From Chrysomallon squamiferum (Eukaryota > Animalia > Mollusca): a stretch of 64,000 nt of DNA. Location of the stretch: NCBI GenBank assembly GCA_012295275.1, contig CM022666.1, positions 3,100,001 through 3,164,000 on the forward strand. The letters are read 5' to 3'. Of the stretch, positions 57,618 through 64,000 are shown piece by piece. The position numbers and the translations under genes were made by a program. The notes under the pieces are model-generated. The model saw only the letters and a list, made by a program, of their open reading frames with translations, was not told where the DNA came from and did no database searches. Positions within the stretch are counted from its first letter, which is position 1. Each line of letters opens with the position of its first letter.

Positions 57618-58939
57618 CTTAAATTTTTATTCTTGCTCGTTAAGAAAAGAGACATTGAATTCAATAACTATCTCAATAATGAAGAGCTGAGTGCTGCTTA
57701 ACGAGAAAAAAAAAAGAGACACGAATTCTATTTCACGCCATGACTTCGCTCACCGATTTGATTATTCTCTGGGCTGCTGTTTAACGGTTAAGTCTTTGAC
57801 ATACTTCGTCCCTGCCAGCTTTCGAGTTCGAGTGCTGCTGGTTAAGTAGACTTTCGGTTTAATGGCAGGATGCTCATAACGACAAGTTATTAATTTAATA
57901 TTTGATATCTTTTTCCCGTTCCAGTATGTGCCTGGATGTCTGGATGCGTCTTTTCATGTCTCTAGGTGTTTGTCCTGTGTGTGTGTGTGTATGAATATAT
58001 ATCTATATCTATCTATCTCTCTATGTGTCTGTCTACCTACCTACCTACCTATCTATCTATCTGTCTACCTTTCTATCTAAATATGTTAATATTAAAACGA
58101 CACCTTAAAACATTTTCCTAGAGCATTTATTAGTCGTAATTTAATTGTTTAATATCAGATTATAATCAAGATTTTATCAATTATCTCTTCGTATACAGAG
58201 AGCATCCATAAAAATAATCAGTTCACAAATTTACGTTTAAAAAAAAAAAAAAATTTTTTTGCTGATATATACATCTTTATCATTTACAAGTAACCATAAA
58301 TAGGTCAGTTTTTAATCATTTGTGTGCCTCTTTACCATCTTCAAGTATAGTTATTTGCATTTTACAATCAAGCGTTTGGTCGCTAAACAAGAGTCACTGT
58401 CACGACAAAAGGTTATTAGTGTTCAAGATTTGAAACACTCGTTTCAACACTCAAGCAAGTTATCGTTTAAATATTTGGACAGAATACTTCGAGTGAGCGA
58501 TGATCTTTACACATTTTGATCAAATTTAAGCAAGTATGCTTGGGCGAATAACACGACGTACATTTTTTTTTTTTTTTTTTTTTTTTGGGGGGAGGTTATC
58601 AATCTCATTATCCTGAATACTTCGAGCCAACGTGAAAGACACATCAAATTTGACTTTTCGTGCAACTGATTCCATTGGAAAACGAAAGACTTGTGCCAAA
58701 ACAGTCAGCGGACGAATTGATCAGCGCTAACGATTTCGAGTCTTTCACTTGCCGCTCTCCGTCGCCAATTTGCCAGAATGGTATAGATAATCTGTTAATG
58801 CGCAGCCTGCTTTCTTGAATTAACCTTTCAATCTGTCAACGAGAGGAGAATTTCGCTTGCGACGCCCGAACGATTTGCAACAGAAGAGCTCTAACATTTT
58901 TTTTTTTTTTTTTTTTTTTTTAACGCAAACGTTGTACAC

Positions 58940-59710
58940 TTGTTGGCCAAAATGTTAATGACGCTTCTGTGGTCATACATCACACACTCTCTCTCTCGCT
59001 CTCGCGCGCACACAAAACCGCATTTTTCTCTGCGCCTTCAAGCGAAGACCTTTTTTCTATCCCTCTCTCTCTCTCTACTCTCTCAGCTCTTTTGTTTTTC
59101 TCTACTAGAGCTGGCTCGGTTTCGCGTGTTCGAATGAAAGCGACCGTTCACATGTAAATCGATGTAAACGGAGTCTGATGGGCTCTTTTAGCGACGAGAA
59201 TGTCGAATCGCTGGGAGCCGCGATTAAAGAGAATTTGTCGCTGGAATTCGGGCAGGGAAGCGGAGAGAGAGAGAGAGAATAATACAATCGGCGTGTTTTC
59301 TCCAATAAAAAAAAATCGCCAGTTGACGTAAATGTAGTAGTAGTTAAGAAAAAAAAAAAAAAAAAAAACGAAACGAAGAACGAGCGACATTTTCGTTTTT
59401 CGGCCAATTCGCCTTTCCTGTGGACAACGTGCTGTTTGACAGATTGGTGTGATAATTCAATCGGTTTTCGAGCATATTTTCCGATGTCGATTCGGTTTTG
59501 TTTCTGTGCTATAAATATGTCTGACGAGCGCAGACCGTTGGGAATTCTGAGACCCGTTTTAAAAGTGCGATGCGGAGAAGATTAAATGCAATTCGAGATT
59601 TTTGGTATTTTTGTCGAGACATCGTGCAGTGTAATCGAGAACTTATCGGCAGAAATAATTATTTGGGTATCGTTTATGCTGTGACGTACTGTAACCCCGG
59701 AAACGAAACG
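58940..59710 (+). promoter_or_regulatory. CpG-rich island with TATAAATA (59510-59517), possible proximal promoter of the TSR gene
   Basis: High CpG density 0.6-1.4 kb upstream of the ATG exon and a consensus TATA box. No strong donor found downstream. Confidence 0.35.
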
Positions 59711-60329
59711 TCTTGTATGATGTATATTTTATCCTGTGTTTTGTGACTGTATTAGTAAATGTTTTATAGTTATATGTAACTGTTATATATGCAGATACAC
59801 ACACAAACGCACACACACGCACACATACACTGCAAAACATGTATTAATTATTATGGATCGTACATAATTGTTATCTGTCACTGTTCTCATTACCTTTCGC
59901 GGAGTAGAAGACAATAATCATAGCTGAAAGAAATTAGATAGATAGATCGATAGATCGATAAATAGACAGATAGACAAGCAGATTTAGAACAGACGCAGAG
60001 AGAATTAAAGAGCGAGATTTTGAGCGACAAGTGATAGAGAAAAAAAAAACACGTAGACAGACAGACAGAAAAACAGAGAGATGAGGGAAAGATAACACAC
60101 ACTTATACATACACACCCATGCACGCATACACACACACACACATACACATGCACACAAGCACATTTACATACAACAAATCTACAAATATCAGTTTGCACT
60201 TATAGTGTTGTATCTTAATATGTTAACAATCTAATGATCTCAGATATATTCACTGATTTGATATTCTGGATTTTTCTACCTGTAGTTACTAAGTGTAAAT
60301 TGTTTTTGTTTTTTTTTCGTTTCAGAAAG

Positions 60330-60396
60330 ATGATTACAAAGATACCTGTCCAATCGTTGCTATTGACATTGTTAATCAGAACAGTACACACTGATG
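60330..60396 (+). CDS. TSR-domain protein coding exon 1: signal peptide MITKIPVQSLLLTLLIRTVHT-D
   Basis: Acceptor TTTTTCGTTTCAG| at 60325, ATG 4 nt inside the exon, donor ATG|GTAAGT in phase 1 matching the next exon. Basic N-terminus, hydrophobic core and VHT cleavage-like site. Confidence 0.8.
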
Positions 60397-60448
60397 GTAA
60401 GTATATAAACACTCAAATTACTTACCTATATTAATTAAAACTTTCGAT

Positions 60449-60652
60449 GTTACGTCACGAAAGATCAGTTACGTCATATAACTGTTTCATTTCGTGTTCA
60501 ATTTACATTGGTACGCGTCATAATGATATTCTTCATAGATAATTCATCCTCTGATGAGATTAACTTACGTCATTTTATTATTCCAAGTATCCCAAGAATT
60601 TTACGTGTGTTACGTCATAGGTTGTTGCTCCTAGAGACACAAGTTACGTCAT
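60449..60652 (+). promoter_or_regulatory. Homotypic cluster of five TTACGTCA bZIP sites in the first coding intron
   Basis: TTACGTCA at 60450, 60469, 60565, 60610 and 60644, all on one strand with dissimilar spacers. Confidence 0.6.
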
Positions 60653-60994
60653 TTATTGCGTTGTACGCTGATTTTCGTTAAGTAAATTAAAAGCTTATAA
60701 ATTATTTGTTACAAACCATGATGATGCGTGATGGTCTTCTCAAGGTATTTTGATTAAATCATTTTACAAAATTACTGAGATATTTGATAAAGCATATTCA
60801 GTTTTAGAATACGAAGAAAATCGTGAACAAAATTTTGAATAGTGAAAACAAAATTACTTATGAATTTAATACCCCAAAGTTAGAAAACAGAGTAGTAAAA
60901 TACACAATTAATTTTAACATATTTTATTGTATCAATATACATAATTTTTTTTAAAAAGAAATATTATCAAAATATCAAATTAATACGAATTCGT

Positions 60995-61107
<113 letters not shown>

Positions 61108-61158
61108 AATCTCTCTCTCTTTCTCTCTCTCTCTCTCAATCTCTCTCTCTCTCTCTCT

Positions 61159-61286
<128 letters not shown>

Positions 61287-61328
61287 CATTTTTTAAAACA
61301 ATTATTGTTAATAAATTTAATTTCACAG

Positions 61329-61517
61329 AAAAAAATGTCGAGCGCGGAGAATGGTCCGAGTGGAGCGAGTTCTCGCCTTGCTCGGTCACGTGCGGATCCG
61401 GAACTTACCGAAGGACACGTCACTGGAAGCCGAGTCCTAACGAACCCGCAAGTCTCGTGAATTTCACATCAACACAGGAACTTCCGTGCAGCAGAGAGGG
61501 TCACATGCTTTGTCCAG
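61329..61517 (+). CDS. TSR-domain protein exon 2: first thrombospondin type-1 repeat (GEWSEWSEFSPCSVTCGSGTYRRTRHW...LPCSREGHMLCP)
   Basis: Acceptor TTTCACAG|, donor CAG|GTATGC; 189 nt, phase 1-1, open frame. WSxWS, CSVTCG and RxRxR-type motifs. Missed by the ORF track. Confidence 0.93.
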
Positions 61518-61536
61518 GTATGCGTTTTAAAAACGA

Positions 61537-61655
61537 CATCATCGTCATCATCATCATCAATGTCGTCGTCATCACCATCGATAATACCATTGTATATTAC
61601 TTATTAATTCAGTTTTGATTATAATCATCATTACTAGTCCTCTTCTTCTCGTACT

Positions 61656-61686
<31 letters not shown>

Positions 61687-61826
61687 CTACTACTACTACT
61701 ACTACTGATGATGATGATGATGATGATAATACCACTACAACTACCATTACTGTACTACCCCTAATAACATCTTTACTCACACAACCACCACCGACATCAC
61801 CACTACTACTGTTACTACTACTACAA

Positions 61827-61862
<36 letters not shown>

Positions 61863-62030
61863 TACTACCACCGACACCACTACCATTACTGTTACTACTA
61901 CTTCTGCTACTACTACTACTACTACTGCTGCTGTTATTACTACTACAATTATTAGTACTACATCTACTACTGCTTTTATTTCTACTTATACTACTATTTC
62001 TTTATTACTACTGCTACTACGACTGTTAAT
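61537..62030. repeat. Intronic (CAT)/(AAC)/(ACT)n trinucleotide region
   Basis: Direct reading, just after the TSR exon 2 donor. Confidence 0.9.
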
Positions 62031-62670
62031 CGACAATTGTTAGAGCCCTAACATTATTACTGCTAGGCAAAAATAGTAGTCATCAAAAATATACTGTCGT
62101 TTCTTTTATTGCACGTTCACATCAGATCTCCAGGGTTTATAAGAAAAAAATCTTAACTCGAATAAAAATTTAACTTGAACAGATCTAGCACGATAAATCT
62201 CAACTTTAGTATATTCACTTTAAATTAAAACTTTTTTTTATATTATTATATTTTTTTTTTTTACATGCATTTTTCCTTTATTCAAAATTCCAAACGAACA
62301 TTAAATTACTGCTGTCATGAATTTCAGTCTTCCATCTACATATCGTTGGAGTAAAATTATACTCAAGCGGCCTGAAGTAATATTATGGTGTTTTTTTTTT
62401 TTTTTAGTTTTAAAATCTTTTCCGCTGCAAATGATCGGTTATTTGCGTGTCGTAATTTCACGTGTTGGGTACGTGCAGATCAATAAGTGAGATAAAATGA
62501 CGCCCTTGGATGCTGTTTGTAACGTGGAATATTAAAAGAGGTTTCGAATGCGATGGAAATTTTTCAGACGCTGATATTAAGAAATGCAAAGCGTTTTAGT
62601 TATTTGTTATTTGAGTCGTTAGGGTTCAAAGTGAATGGACTGCAAATCGCGACTCTGTCTGTCTGTCTCT

Positions 62671-62709
<39 letters not shown>

Positions 62710-62753
62710 AATTATACATATATACAGATATATACTCTCTCTCTGTGTCTCTG

Positions 62754-62853
<100 letters not shown>

Positions 62854-62907
62854 GAATGTGTGTGTGTGTGTGTGTCTGTGTGTGTGTTGGTGTCTCTCAT
62901 TGTATAG

Positions 62908-62938
<31 letters not shown>

Positions 62939-63150
62939 TATAAAGTCACACTTATGTGTATACACTCACGCACACGTGTAGATGAATGCGTGTGTGTGTA
63001 ATTGTATACATGTATATAGGAATAAAATCGTCCATAAAAACAAATAGAAAAATTTCTCAAATCCTATGTTGTTTATCGTCTGCAGATTTGTTATCTGTTG
63101 ACATTGCATAATAAGCGAATTGTTTTTAATTTATTTTATTTTATTTTATT

Positions 63151-63185
<35 letters not shown>

Positions 63186-63520
63186 TTTTATTTATTTATA
63201 CACATTTTGCTGTTTGAATCTTTTGCTACGACATTACTTTTCATTTAAGTGCATATTATTTGCATCTTTTTTCACCTATTTGACATTACTCTGCAAGCAT
63301 TTACATTTTATGCACTTATTTGCATTATTATGCCTTTATTTGCATGATAATTTGCACCCTGCTTACAGAAAATATTTCTTCTTACGTCTTTTTTTTTACT
63401 ATAATTTACATTAATTCGAACTGATTTCTATTATTTTATAATTTGATTTTTACTGACTGTAAAGATTATCATTATGAAAGGGATTATGTAATTTTAAAAA
63501 CATGTTTTTTTTTTTTCTAG

Positions 63521-63691
63521 TCGAAGGTAACTGGAGTTACTGGAGTGGGTGGAGCCCGTGTTCGCGCGCGTGCGGGGGCGGGACTATGAAGAGAACGCGC
63601 ACGTGCACCAGCCCCATGCCCTCGTTTGGGGGGAAGGGCTGTGAGGGGGAGAGCTGGGAGGCGGAAGATTGCAACAAACTTCCTTGTCCGC
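63521..63691 (+). CDS. TSR-domain protein exon 3: second thrombospondin type-1 repeat (VEGNWSYWSGWSPCSRACGGGTMKRTRTCTSPMPSFGGKGCEGESWEAEDCNKLPCP); gene continues beyond window
   Basis: Acceptor poly-T CTAG|, donor CGC|GTAAGT; 171 nt, phase 1-1. Canonical 6-Cys TSP1 with WxxWxxW. Confidence 0.96.
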
Positions 63692-63702
63692 GTAAGTGTC
63701 AA

Positions 63703-63791
<89 letters not shown>

Positions 63792-64000
63792 ACTCACTCA
63801 CTCACTCACTCACTCTCTCACTGAGCCATTGAAATCTATATTTTCACAACTTGTTTCATTATGGTTTGGACGAACGATTCAGGGAATCCATTAATACTGT
63901 ATTAGCGTTAATATAATCAACCACAAACGACCCCAAATCTACAAAACAACGTAAATCATACCACACAAACTGCTGTATAACGTGACTGTTGTACTCCATA

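Overview
AT-rich, microsatellite-dense animal genomic DNA (bilaterian invertebrate, probably a mollusc; the taxon is inference only). Nothing prokaryotic is visible: no CRISPR array, operon, rRNA or intact tRNA. Two divergently oriented spliced genes can be built by hand. (1) On the - strand, the first four coding exons of COG3 (conserved oligomeric Golgi complex subunit 3): 2211-2065, 1604-1476, 1154-1093, 486-321; the gene runs off the left edge. (2) On the + strand, the first three coding exons of a secreted or cell-surface thrombospondin type-1 repeat (TSR) protein: 60330-60396 (signal peptide), 61329-61517 (atypical 4-Cys TSR) and 63521-63691 (canonical TSR); it runs off the right edge. 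I found no convincing coding exon in the ~58 kb between the two ATGs. That interval alternates simple repeats with CpG-containing unique islands. It holds candidate alternative non-coding first exons of the TSR gene (donors at 13650, 33238, 50356), homotypic motif clusters (bZIP, CAGGT E-box, TALE, nuclear receptor, RFX), a CTCF-like site next to COG3, decayed tRNA-derived SINE heads and several minisatellites. Nearly all ORFs in the supplied track are simple-repeat artefacts. I cannot demonstrate a new biological system. The best leads are regulatory: the intronic GTTACGTCAY cluster, and complementary microsatellites bracketing the candidate first exons. All motif counts were made by eye.
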